63,330 nt of DNA from a virus: IMG/VR virus record IMGVR_UViG_3300037851_000912, positions 1 through 63,330 of that record. The stretch is one strand, 5' to 3'. Below are positions 16,956 to 25,040 of this stretch, in pieces (position 1 is the first letter of the stretch; every line of letters begins with the position of its first letter). The notes beneath the pieces were generated by a model. That model worked only from the letters and a program-made list of their open reading frames with translations, was not told where the DNA came from and did not search any database. Both the position numbers and the translations under genes were made by a program.

Positions 16956-17363
16956 ATGAAGATCGCGATGGCCCGTGAGGGGAAAGGGTTCTTCGGCGAC
17001 GGCATCGAGCTGTCGTGGCCGGTCGGAGGCGTCCGAGAGGTCGTCGAGGTCAGCGATGACCTGATGGACTGGCCCGGGCGCCTGCGCGACCGCTTCACGG
17101 CTGGGTCGATCGTCAAGGTCGACCTCGCCGTGAACACGACCCTCGTGCCCGTCACGAAGCCCGTGGTCATGCGGGGCGGTAGCCCGGAGGCGATGGCGAA
17201 GATGGCCGAGCCGCCGGGCTACGTGCCCGCTGCAGCCGAGGAGGAGGCCGAGGAGGCACCCGAGACGGCGAGCGGTGAGGGCGATGTCGAGTTCGCTGGG
17301 ACGGAGCCGGAGCCGGAGCCGCCGGCGCCCAAGCCCGCGCCTCGTCGACGGAGTGCTCGATGA
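16956..17363 (+). CDS. Hypothetical protein with an acidic/Pro-rich tail
   Basis: ATG 16956 after GAGGAG. High GC3. Confidence 0.6.
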   Translation: MKIAMAREGKGFFGDGIELSWPVGGVREVVEVSDDLMDWPGRLRDRFTAGSIVKVDLAVNTTLVPVTKPVVMRGGSPEAMAKMAEPPGYVPAAAEEEAEEAPETASGEGDVEFAGTEPEPEPPAPKPAPRRRSAR

Positions 17364-17476
17364 GTGGAGTCGACGGCCACCTGGGAGTCAAGGGCAGCCT
17401 GAAGCCCCGCGTGATCCGAGCCAACCCGTCCCGATGGGAACGGTTCCTGATGAAGCTGAGGAGTGTGTTCGGATGA
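17360..17476 (+). CDS. Micro-ORF (38 aa) coupled at both ends
   Basis: MSGVDGHLGVKGSLKPRVIRANPSRWERFLMKLRSVFG. ATGA overlaps at both 17360-63 and 17473-76. Below the length cutoff of the ORF track. Confidence 0.4.
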   Translation: MSGVDGHLGVKGSLKPRVIRANPSRWERFLMKLRSVFG

Positions 17477-18030
17477 CCAGGATCGGAGCGAGCTTCCGCA
17501 TCCCGTTCACGCGGGGTCGTTTGCTCTGGCTGCCGGAGGATCCCGGCGAGGCCCTGCGGCCAGGGCGGCTGCTGTTCAACGGCTGGCTGGGTGCCCGCCT
17601 GCTCGATCGCCACGGCTGTGAGATCGACCGATTCGAGCTCGGGTCGGGCGTCGTGACCGACGCCGGCGTGGCGTACATGGTCGACGACTTCGACAACGCG
17701 AGCGGCGGCGCCGACATCAGCCTGTTCAACTACCACGACAGCGGGACGGGCACCGTCGCTGCCGCCGTCGGCGACACCGATCTCGGAACTGCCGCTGGCC
17801 CGACGACCCGGGCGACCGGGACGCGGAGCCAGCCGGCGGCGAACCAGTACCGGACCGTGGGCACAATCACGTACACCGGGACTCTCGCCATCACGGAGTG
17901 GGGCCTGTTCACGGACGCAACCCGCGGCTCCGATACCATGTGGGACCGCCGGGTGTTCACCGCGATCAACGTCGTCAACAACGACAGCATCGAGTTCACG
18001 TACACGCTGACGGTCTCGAGCGGCGGCTAG
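17473..18030 (+). CDS. Hypothetical structural protein (185 aa)
   Basis: ATG 17473 in track ORF 17275..18030. Contains TLAITEWGLFTD, which resembles fibre-collar proteins. Confidence 0.55.
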   Translation: MTRIGASFRIPFTRGRLLWLPEDPGEALRPGRLLFNGWLGARLLDRHGCEIDRFELGSGVVTDAGVAYMVDDFDNASGGADISLFNYHDSGTGTVAAAVGDTDLGTAAGPTTRATGTRSQPAANQYRTVGTITYTGTLAITEWGLFTDATRGSDTMWDRRVFTAINVVNNDSIEFTYTLTVSSGG

Positions 18031-18045
18031 TAGCGGCGGCGGGGA

Positions 18046-18072
18046 GGCGGCATTCCGCACGGAATGACCGCC
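18046..18072 (+). terminator. Hairpin element copy 4 (extended stem)
   Basis: GGCGGCATTCC-GCAC-GGAATGaCCGCC, with further CGGCGGC/GCCGCCG pairing outside the core. Confidence 0.7.
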
Positions 18073-18091
18073 AGCCGCCGAGGAGGTCGCC

Positions 18092-18655
18092 ATGAGCAGG
18101 GTCGTCCTGCTGAACAGCGGCGGCATCGACTCTCGGGTCGCGGCCGCCATGCTCGTCGCGTCCGGGATGGAACCACACTCGCTGACGCTGGACTGGAACC
18201 CGGTCGCGAGAGACCGGGTGCTGGCCGCAGCTCAGACCACGGCCGACGCGTACTGCGCGAGCCACCTCGTGTTCGCGTACCCGGTCGACTGGATGCTCCA
18301 CAGCGACAAGCTCGGGCGCCCGCGGATGCCGTACACGGTGCACGTTGCCGTCGCCCTCGGGGCGCAGTACGCGCTCCACGTCGACACGCTCTACGTGGCG
18401 ACCGGAGGGCGCAAGGTGTCGGTCCGAAATCCGGCGACGTGGCACGAGAACATGCAGTCCGCGCTGAACCAGAGCCGGCTGTCTCCGGAGCTGATTGTCC
18501 TGACGCCCGTGTTCGAGCTCGGCGACTCTGCCGTGACCGCGAAGGCTGCCGAGCTCGGCGTCGACCTTACGACCACCTGGTCGTGCTCGCTGGATCCGGC
18601 GTGCGGGACCTGCGTGTCATGCCTGCGCCGTGAGCGCGAAGGAGTCCCATCGTGA
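18092..18655 (+). CDS. queC: QueC-like PP-loop ATPase (7-cyano-7-deazaguanine synthase family), short form of 187 aa
   Basis: VVLLNSGGIDSR is the PP-loop. The C-terminal Zn cluster is TWSCSLDPACGTCVSCLRR. By eye it is collinear with B. subtilis QueC. Confidence 0.7.
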   Translation: MSRVVLLNSGGIDSRVAAAMLVASGMEPHSLTLDWNPVARDRVLAAAQTTADAYCASHLVFAYPVDWMLHSDKLGRPRMPYTVHVAVALGAQYALHVDTLYVATGGRKVSVRNPATWHENMQSALNQSRLSPELIVLTPVFELGDSAVTAKAAELGVDLTTTWSCSLDPACGTCVSCLRREREGVPS

Positions 18656-19275
18656 AATCCGGTACTGCCCAGTTCGCCCTCGTCGCGATGTTCGTCGGAC
18701 TGCACCTGTTCGCGCCGATCACGTCGAACAAGATCCTGCTGGTCGCCGGCCTGACGTTCACGTCCGGGGCGCTCCTGATCGGGGCGAGCTACGCGGTGCT
18801 CGACATCCTGAACGACTGGCAGGGCCGGGAGGTGGCCCGCCAGACCGTGAAGGCGGCGCTGATCGTGCGGACGGTGTTCTTCGTCGTCGTCGTGCCGGTC
18901 ATCATCCTGCTGCCGGCGGCCCGAGAGGTCGAGGGCTTCGAGGACTTCATGACGTCGAGCGTGCGGCTGTTCGCCGCTGGTCTGGCGTCGCTGTTCGTCA
19001 GTTCGTACCTGATCAGCATCCCGGTGTTCACGTGGCTGCGCGAGCGGATGCAGGGACGGTGGTTCGCCCTGCGCTACCTGACGACGAACCTGCCGGTGAT
19101 CGTGTCGGCGACGGTCGTCTACGTCACGCTCGGCTTCGCGTTCGTCGAGGACGTCGACCTCGGGCGGCTGTACTTCGGGCAGACGGTCGCCCGCATCATC
19201 TTCGGCGCCGCCATCGTTCCGATCGTGTGGGGCGTGCGCCAGTACCTGCGCCGCTACGGCGAGCTGTACCGCTGA
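18652..19275 (+). CDS. yhhQ: YhhQ/DUF165-like queuosine-precursor transporter
   Basis: GTG 18652 with GTGA overlap. Polytopic membrane protein. ITSNKILLVAG...ASYAVLDILNDWQGRE matches the family N-terminal block. Confidence 0.65.
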   Translation: MKSGTAQFALVAMFVGLHLFAPITSNKILLVAGLTFTSGALLIGASYAVLDILNDWQGREVARQTVKAALIVRTVFFVVVVPVIILLPAAREVEGFEDFMTSSVRLFAAGLASLFVSSYLISIPVFTWLRERMQGRWFALRYLTTNLPVIVSATVVYVTLGFAFVEDVDLGRLYFGQTVARIIFGAAIVPIVWGVRQYLRRYGELYR

Positions 19276-19287
19276 TGAGGGAGACAC

Positions 19288-21288
19288 GTGGCGAACCGAC
19301 TCGGGGAGCTGCCGCTCAGGCGTAGCCGTTTCGCGAAGCACTTCGCGACGGATGAGGACGGCGTGTTCATCGCCGAGATTGGCGTTGCCCCGCGGCACTT
19401 CCAGAAGTCGGACGACTCGTGGGACGACCTGTCGAACCTCGTCCAGTCCGTCCCGGGCGGCTGGGCTGCTACGGCGAAGGACGTTCGCTTCGGGGTCGAG
19501 AACGGCTGGCTGACCGTCACGTACAAGGGCCGCTCGCTGCAGATGCGGCCGACGGCGGTCGGCATGGTCGACCGGACCGCGCCCGCGACCCGCTGGCGGA
19601 AGCTGGCCGACGCCAGCTATGCCAACGTCAGTCGGTCCGCGAACGAGATCACCGTGACCGACATCTTCCCGCAGACCGACCTGCGGCTGACGCTGAGCGA
19701 CGAGGCGCTGACGAAGGCGTTCACGATCCGCCAGCGCCCGAACCTGCCGGACCCGGTGTCGCTGGGCTGGGACCCCGACAAGACGTTCCTCGTCATCGTC
19801 TGGGACGTGCAGCTCCCGAGCGGGGCTGTCGTCCGCGACACCGACACGCTCGAGCAGGTCGACAACGGCTACGCGGGCCGCAACGACCTCGTCGTCGAGA
19901 CTTCGAGCGGCGACCCGGTCGTGTACTTCAAGGCGGGCACGGCGGAGTCGGCCATCGGGCGGACACACCCGGTCTGGTACGTGTCGGCCGGGGCGAACGT
20001 GCCGTTCGGCGAGGCGGTTCCCTACGCGAAGGCCGCCATCGCTCGCTACCCGCTCGTCATCGACCCGACGACCACGATCACTCGGCCGACGGCCCCAACC
20101 ACGGCGGCATTCGCGTACTTGTCGGTGGACGGCGGAGGCGGTTCGACCGGGAGCACCGTGGTGTGGTATGCCGGGCGTGCCGCTCGGCAGGTCGACCCGG
20201 ACAGCAAAGTGCAGGGCGACGAATACATGGTCGCCGATAAGAAGATCGGTGCCCTGAGGTTCGACCTCAGGGCGGTCTCGGTGAACGCGACCTCTGCCAA
20301 CCTGTTCTTTCGTCGGGTGGCTGGCTATGAGTACAGCTGCGACAACGCAACCGAGCAGACAATCACGCTGGAGAGCTACGACTCTGACTTCGGGGAAACA
20401 TGGAGCGTCGCCGAAGCCGAACAGACGACCGGCCTGACGTTTGAGGACAGCAAGTCCTACACGACGAACACCGAGGGCACCCAGTATTTCTCGATTGACC
20501 CGACACGTCTCGCGTCACATTTCGGCGACTACGCCTGCTTCCGCTTCAAGGGCAGCCTAGAGCCAAATCTGGCCGACACGAACGAGATCATTTCAGACCA
20601 CGCCAACACGTGGATCGAAGCGACGTACACGACGTTCACCGCCCCGTTCCTAGCTGACCTGCGCACGACGTACCCTGCTCCCAGCACGAGCTGCAACGTG
20701 AGCTTCCCGACGTCGACCCAAGCTGGCGACCTCGTCATCGTCACGGCGCAGACCGCCGCCGAGTCGTGCGACAACACGCCGAGCGGATGGGCGAGGTGGC
20801 TGTACCTCGTGCCGTACAGCAACGTCTCGCTGGCTGTGTTCGCCAAGTTCGTCACCGCCGGAGACATCGCCACGGGCTACGTGACGTTGTCGAAGACCGG
20901 GTCTTCGACAACGTGGTTCTGCACGGCCATGAGGGTCCTTGGGGCTGACGCCGACCCGCTCGACGCTAGCGACATCGACGGTGCCGCCAGCGGCGACACG
21001 GTGCAGCTCGACATCACGACCGTCACGAACTACGCGCTCGTGATCGGCATCATCGCCCAGAGCGGGACTAGCGTGGCGAGCACGATGTCGAACCTCGCCG
21101 ACTACTACGTCGGCCTGTCGCAGCGCCCGCAGGTTCGGCAGGCCATGCAGTCCACGGCCGGGTCGTTCAGCAGTATTGCGGACGCCGCCTCGACGATGAA
21201 CATCGTCGCCGCCTTGGTCGCCATCCGGCCGGCGGCGACCGGGCCGGTTGCGCTGACGATGCGCTACGTGCCCGGCGGACAGACCTGA
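19288..21288 (+). CDS. Large virion-associated protein (666 aa) with a DNRLRE-like middle domain
   Basis: GTG 19288. IGALRFDLRAVSVNATSANLFF. The C-terminal domain is paralogous to the N-terminal domain of the next gene. Confidence 0.7.
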   Translation: MANRLGELPLRRSRFAKHFATDEDGVFIAEIGVAPRHFQKSDDSWDDLSNLVQSVPGGWAATAKDVRFGVENGWLTVTYKGRSLQMRPTAVGMVDRTAPATRWRKLADASYANVSRSANEITVTDIFPQTDLRLTLSDEALTKAFTIRQRPNLPDPVSLGWDPDKTFLVIVWDVQLPSGAVVRDTDTLEQVDNGYAGRNDLVVETSSGDPVVYFKAGTAESAIGRTHPVWYVSAGANVPFGEAVPYAKAAIARYPLVIDPTTTITRPTAPTTAAFAYLSVDGGGGSTGSTVVWYAGRAARQVDPDSKVQGDEYMVADKKIGALRFDLRAVSVNATSANLFFRRVAGYEYSCDNATEQTITLESYDSDFGETWSVAEAEQTTGLTFEDSKSYTTNTEGTQYFSIDPTRLASHFGDYACFRFKGSLEPNLADTNEIISDHANTWIEATYTTFTAPFLADLRTTYPAPSTSCNVSFPTSTQAGDLVIVTAQTAAESCDNTPSGWARWLYLVPYSNVSLAVFAKFVTAGDIATGYVTLSKTGSSTTWFCTAMRVLGADADPLDASDIDGAASGDTVQLDITTVTNYALVIGIIAQSGTSVASTMSNLADYYVGLSQRPQVRQAMQSTAGSFSSIADAASTMNIVAALVAIRPAATGPVALTMRYVPGGQT

Positions 21289-24197
21289 TGGCTATCTCTG
21301 ACGGCACCGCAGGAGCGTGGGTCGCCACCACGACCCGGAACCCGACCGTTATTCTGCCGTCGCACTCGGCCGGGGACATGCTGCTCGTCAGGGTCGGCTG
21401 GAAGTCCTCGACCCCGACGACCGACGTCGCCGTCTGCAACACGTCCGGCTGGGCGAAGCTCGGCCAGTACTACGACGGCGGCGGTGTGTCCTCCAACGGC
21501 GGCGGCGGCGTCCTCGTCGCGGTCTTCTGGAAGGTCGCCACCAGCGCGTCCGAGACGAACCCGACCGTCGAGTTCGACGACGCGACCGCCCCGACGCCGG
21601 GCGCGTACTGCGCCGTCACCTACACGAAGGGCGCCTCCGAGACGTGGGTCGACCCGGTAGGCGCGAGCGGCGCCATCGCGGCGGCCACGTCCTACTCGGC
21701 GACGATGAGCACGCACGTCAGCGCGACCGCTGGCGACATGCTCGACGCCTTCGCCGTCACGAACGACAACACGACGCTCACCGTCCCGACCGTCTCGCAG
21801 ACCGGCGTCACCTTCGACACGGTGACGGAGTACCCGGCGACCGCGCTGTCGTCCGCGACCTCGAACGACATCAGCGCGGACGGCTGTAACCGACTCGCCA
21901 CGTCCGGTACGTCGAGCGCGGCGGCAGTCGTCTCGGGCACGAACAGCGTCGCGGACCCCGGCGCGGCATGGGTGACCCGGCTGCGGGTCAAGAATGGCAT
22001 CTCGCTGACGGCCGGCCTGACGCCCAGCGGCGCACGGCCGGTGATGAAGGGCAAGAAGGCGCTGACCGGAGCGTTGTCGAGCTTGGCCGGTGCCGTGACG
22101 AAGAAGTCGACGATGGCGCTCGCCGGGGCGCTGTCCGGGCTTGCCGGCGCGCTGTCTCGGACGAGCCAGCGGTCCGTGTCGCTGTCGGGGACCGTCTCGT
22201 TCAGCGGGGCCTCGGCGAGAGCCCTGCGGGCGCTGCGAGAGTTCACCGCCGACCTGACGCCGAGCGTCACGTTCCTGGCCGAGAAGATCGAGTCGCTGGC
22301 AGAAGTGTTCGACGCCAGCCTGAGCTTCGTCACGGACGCCTCGCGGAAGACCGCGAGGTCGCTGGTCGCGACGTTGACGCTGGCCGGGGCCATCGCGGCG
22401 CTGCGGAGGATCCCGCAGGCGCTGACGGCCTCGCTGAGCTTCACCGGCGAGTGGGCCAAGAAGCCGATGAAGACGCTCGCCGCCGCGCTGCCGTTCCTGA
22501 CCGGAGCGTTGACGAAGAAGGTGACCCGCGTGTTCACGGCCGGGCTGACCTCGGCCGGGAGCGTGACCAAGGCGATGCTCAGGTCTGCCGCCGGCGGCGC
22601 GTCCGTCGTGTTCCTGCCCACGGCGACGCGGCTGAAGCGCGTCGGGCAGGTGCTGACGGCCAGCCTGTCGTTCACGGGAACATGGGCGAAGACGCCGCGC
22701 AAGGTGCTTGCCGCGACGCTGTCGCCGGCGGCCGCGCTGCAGCGGTTCGTCCAGACGTCGGCCGACCGGATGACGGCGACGCTGACGCCGGCCGGGGCTC
22801 TGATCCGCAAGACGTTCCGGTCGCTGGCCGCCGACCTGACGAGCTCGGCGTCGATGACCGCCGAGCGGGTCGCCACGCAGCTGCAGGAGGCGTTCACAGC
22901 CACGCTGACGTTCGTCGGGACGTGGAGCCGGCTCTCGACCCTGCACCGGGCGTTCACGGCCACCCAGGGCTTCGTGGGGGCGGTCTGGAAGCGGGCTCCG
23001 CGGGACCTGTCGGGCTCCGTCGCGTTCAGCGGGGTCGTCGGCCGGACGACGAAGAAGTGGTTGACCGCGACGCAGGGCTTCGCCGGGTCCGTCGCGACGT
23101 TCGTCCGCAAGCGGTTCGCCGCTGCGCTGACCCTCGGTGGCGCGCTGGTCCGGAGCGGGGCAAAGTCCGAGGCGTTCGCCGCGACGGTGTCGTTCGTCGG
23201 GGCGGCGAAGGCCAGAGCCGGCAAGACGTTCAGCGCGGAGATGACGTTCTCGGGTCAGACGCTCCTGCGCTCGGCGTTCCGGCGGGCCTGGTCGGTCACG
23301 CTGACGCCGGCCGGAAGCATCGTCCGGTCGGTGCGCCGGGCGCTCGCCGCGACCCTTGCGCCCACCGGCTCGATCCGGCTGGCGACGCGCCGGGCGCTGG
23401 ACGCGATGGTCGAGTTCCAGACCACGCTGCGCTTCCGCAGGCCGCTGCATCTCGACGGGACGCTCTCGTTCGTGACGACGCTGACGCGCTGGTCGACGCT
23501 GCACCGAGCGTTCACCGCGATGCTGGCGCCGGCCGGGAGCATCGTCCGGAGGACGTTCCGGGCGCTGACGGCCGCCCTGTCGCCGAGCGGCGCCATCGCC
23601 AGCCTGAAGCACTCGGGCGGCGTGTGGCTGACCGCCTCGCTCACGTTCGCCGGGTCGGCGGTCCGGAAGACGCAGCACCGGATGACCGCGGCCTCGCTGT
23701 CGCCGAGCGCCGTGTTCAGCCGGATGAGGATCCGTCACGCGGTGATGACGGCGACGCTCACGTTCTCGGGCGCCATCCGGAAGCGCGGAATGAAGGTGCT
23801 CGCGGCGGCGGCCGCGTTCAGCGGTGCCGTCCAGCGGCGCACCCGCAAGCTGCTCGAGGGAACGCTGATCACGAACGCGACGTTCTGGACGCAGGGCTCA
23901 TTGAAGCAGGTGTTCACCGCGACGCTGGGCCTGGCCGGTTCGATCGCCAAGCGGTCGACGCGCACCGTCGCAGGATCCGTCGCCTTCGCCGGGACGATTA
24001 CGAGGAAGGGCTTCCGCAGCTTCGCCGCTGCGTTGGCACCGGCCGGCACGTTCGTCAAGCAGGCGACGCTGCAGTTCCTCGGCTCGCTGGCCGGGGTATA
24101 TGCTCGCGTCGTTGACGCGAAGCCGACGGCAATCGTTCGCGTGGCGCCGAAGGCGGTCGTGATGGACGACGGGACGAGTGCGAAGGTGGAGGAGTGA
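21288..24197 (+). CDS. Giant repeat protein (969 aa): globular N-domain plus about 36 degenerate basic repeats of 18-22 aa
   Basis: ATG 21288 (TGATG overlap). From about aa 236 the repeats follow (F/L)(T/A)AxLx(F/P)xGxxx(R/K)(R/K)xx(R/K)x, for example LTASLSFTGEWAKKPMKT and LTASLSFTGTWAKTPRKV. Confidence 0.8.
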   Translation: MAISDGTAGAWVATTTRNPTVILPSHSAGDMLLVRVGWKSSTPTTDVAVCNTSGWAKLGQYYDGGGVSSNGGGGVLVAVFWKVATSASETNPTVEFDDATAPTPGAYCAVTYTKGASETWVDPVGASGAIAAATSYSATMSTHVSATAGDMLDAFAVTNDNTTLTVPTVSQTGVTFDTVTEYPATALSSATSNDISADGCNRLATSGTSSAAAVVSGTNSVADPGAAWVTRLRVKNGISLTAGLTPSGARPVMKGKKALTGALSSLAGAVTKKSTMALAGALSGLAGALSRTSQRSVSLSGTVSFSGASARALRALREFTADLTPSVTFLAEKIESLAEVFDASLSFVTDASRKTARSLVATLTLAGAIAALRRIPQALTASLSFTGEWAKKPMKTLAAALPFLTGALTKKVTRVFTAGLTSAGSVTKAMLRSAAGGASVVFLPTATRLKRVGQVLTASLSFTGTWAKTPRKVLAATLSPAAALQRFVQTSADRMTATLTPAGALIRKTFRSLAADLTSSASMTAERVATQLQEAFTATLTFVGTWSRLSTLHRAFTATQGFVGAVWKRAPRDLSGSVAFSGVVGRTTKKWLTATQGFAGSVATFVRKRFAAALTLGGALVRSGAKSEAFAATVSFVGAAKARAGKTFSAEMTFSGQTLLRSAFRRAWSVTLTPAGSIVRSVRRALAATLAPTGSIRLATRRALDAMVEFQTTLRFRRPLHLDGTLSFVTTLTRWSTLHRAFTAMLAPAGSIVRRTFRALTAALSPSGAIASLKHSGGVWLTASLTFAGSAVRKTQHRMTAASLSPSAVFSRMRIRHAVMTATLTFSGAIRKRGMKVLAAAAAFSGAVQRRTRKLLEGTLITNATFWTQGSLKQVFTATLGLAGSIAKRSTRTVAGSVAFAGTITRKGFRSFAAALAPAGTFVKQATLQFLGSLAGVYARVVDAKPTAIVRVAPKAVVMDDGTSAKVEE

Positions 24198-24198
24198 C

Positions 24199-24540
24199 GT
24201 GACCCGTCTTGAGATGTTCCAGAACGACGCTCTGGACCTCGACGTCGCGGTGAAGCAGCGCAACGGGTCCGCCTACGACCTGACCGGCGCAACGCTGTAC
24301 TTCCAGATGCGAGAGAACCCGAAGTCCGCGACGGCGCTTGTCAGCGTGTCGACCGGCTCGGGCATCACGCACACGTCGCCGGCCGGCGGCCTAGCCGTCG
24401 TTGCCATCGCGGCCGCTGCGACGGCCGGCCTGACCGTCCCGCGAACGCTGGTCTGGGCGCTCGAGCTCGAGAAGTCGACGCGCCGGCGGGTGATCGCCGA
24501 GGGGAAGATGACCGTCCGGCCAGAGGTGACGAAGACATGA
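24199..24540 (+). CDS. Hypothetical protein, Ig-like/BppU-like flavour
   Basis: GTG 24199 after GGTGGAGGAG. Contains DLTGATLYFQMRE. Confidence 0.55.
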   Translation: MTRLEMFQNDALDLDVAVKQRNGSAYDLTGATLYFQMRENPKSATALVSVSTGSGITHTSPAGGLAVVAIAAAATAGLTVPRTLVWALELEKSTRRRVIAEGKMTVRPEVTKT

Positions 24541-25040
24541 GCTACCCCGAGATTCTGTTGACCGAGGACTACGACGGCGTTCGCAGCTTGCTCGGGCTGA
24601 CCGACCTTGACCTGACCGACGGGACGATCGACCAGCCGCCGTTTGGCCCGGCTGGGGAGGCATGGGTGACATCCCGCGTCACGGACTGGAGCACGATCCT
24701 GACGCCGGGCCAGGGCTACGACGCAGCGCGCCACCTGATGCTCCGGATCGCCTGTGCCTACGCGGCCGCCGCGTACATCGCCGAGACGTACGTGCAGGGC
24801 GGCACCGTCGGGCTCGTGTCGTTCGGCACGCAGAGCAGCCGGGACTGGCCGAAGCTGGCCTCGGGACTGTGGGGCCGGGCGTCCGAGACGGTCGCGAACC
24901 TCGTCGACGAAGTGAAGGTGCAGGTCGAGTACGACCTCGTCGGCCAGAAGATCAGCGGACCGAGCCGGGCGTACTACGAGCCGCTGTACGGCACCGAGTG
25001 GTGGAAGTACCCGCCGGTGTACCGGGCCGACTTGCCATGA
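24537..25040 (+). CDS. Head-tail connector/adaptor candidate
   Basis: ATGA overlaps on both sides. The call rests on position upstream of the tail genes. Confidence 0.5.
   Translation: MSYPEILLTEDYDGVRSLLGLTDLDLTDGTIDQPPFGPAGEAWVTSRVTDWSTILTPGQGYDAARHLMLRIACAYAAAAYIAETYVQGGTVGLVSFGTQSSRDWPKLASGLWGRASETVANLVDEVKVQVEYDLVGQKISGPSRAYYEPLYGTEWWKYPPVYRADLP

Noticed and set aside
13142-17170. 1342-aa minus-strand ORF, one of several very long minus-strand ORFs (others: 30794..34789, 28358..30766, 28749..31529, 10073..12688, 36237..37820)
   Set aside because: They are antisense to plus-strand genes that have clear structural-protein motifs. Their translations are Arg/Pro/Gly/Ala-rich low-complexity sequence, typical of stop-poor shadow frames in high-GC DNA. 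They lack RBS and start context.
21993-24093. Periodic region considered as a DNA tandem repeat, a CRISPR-like array or an assembly artefact
   Set aside because: Periodicity exists only at the protein level, with variable 18-22-aa units. Nucleotide units are diverged with no spacer/repeat alternation. The single long ORF has coding-type GC3.
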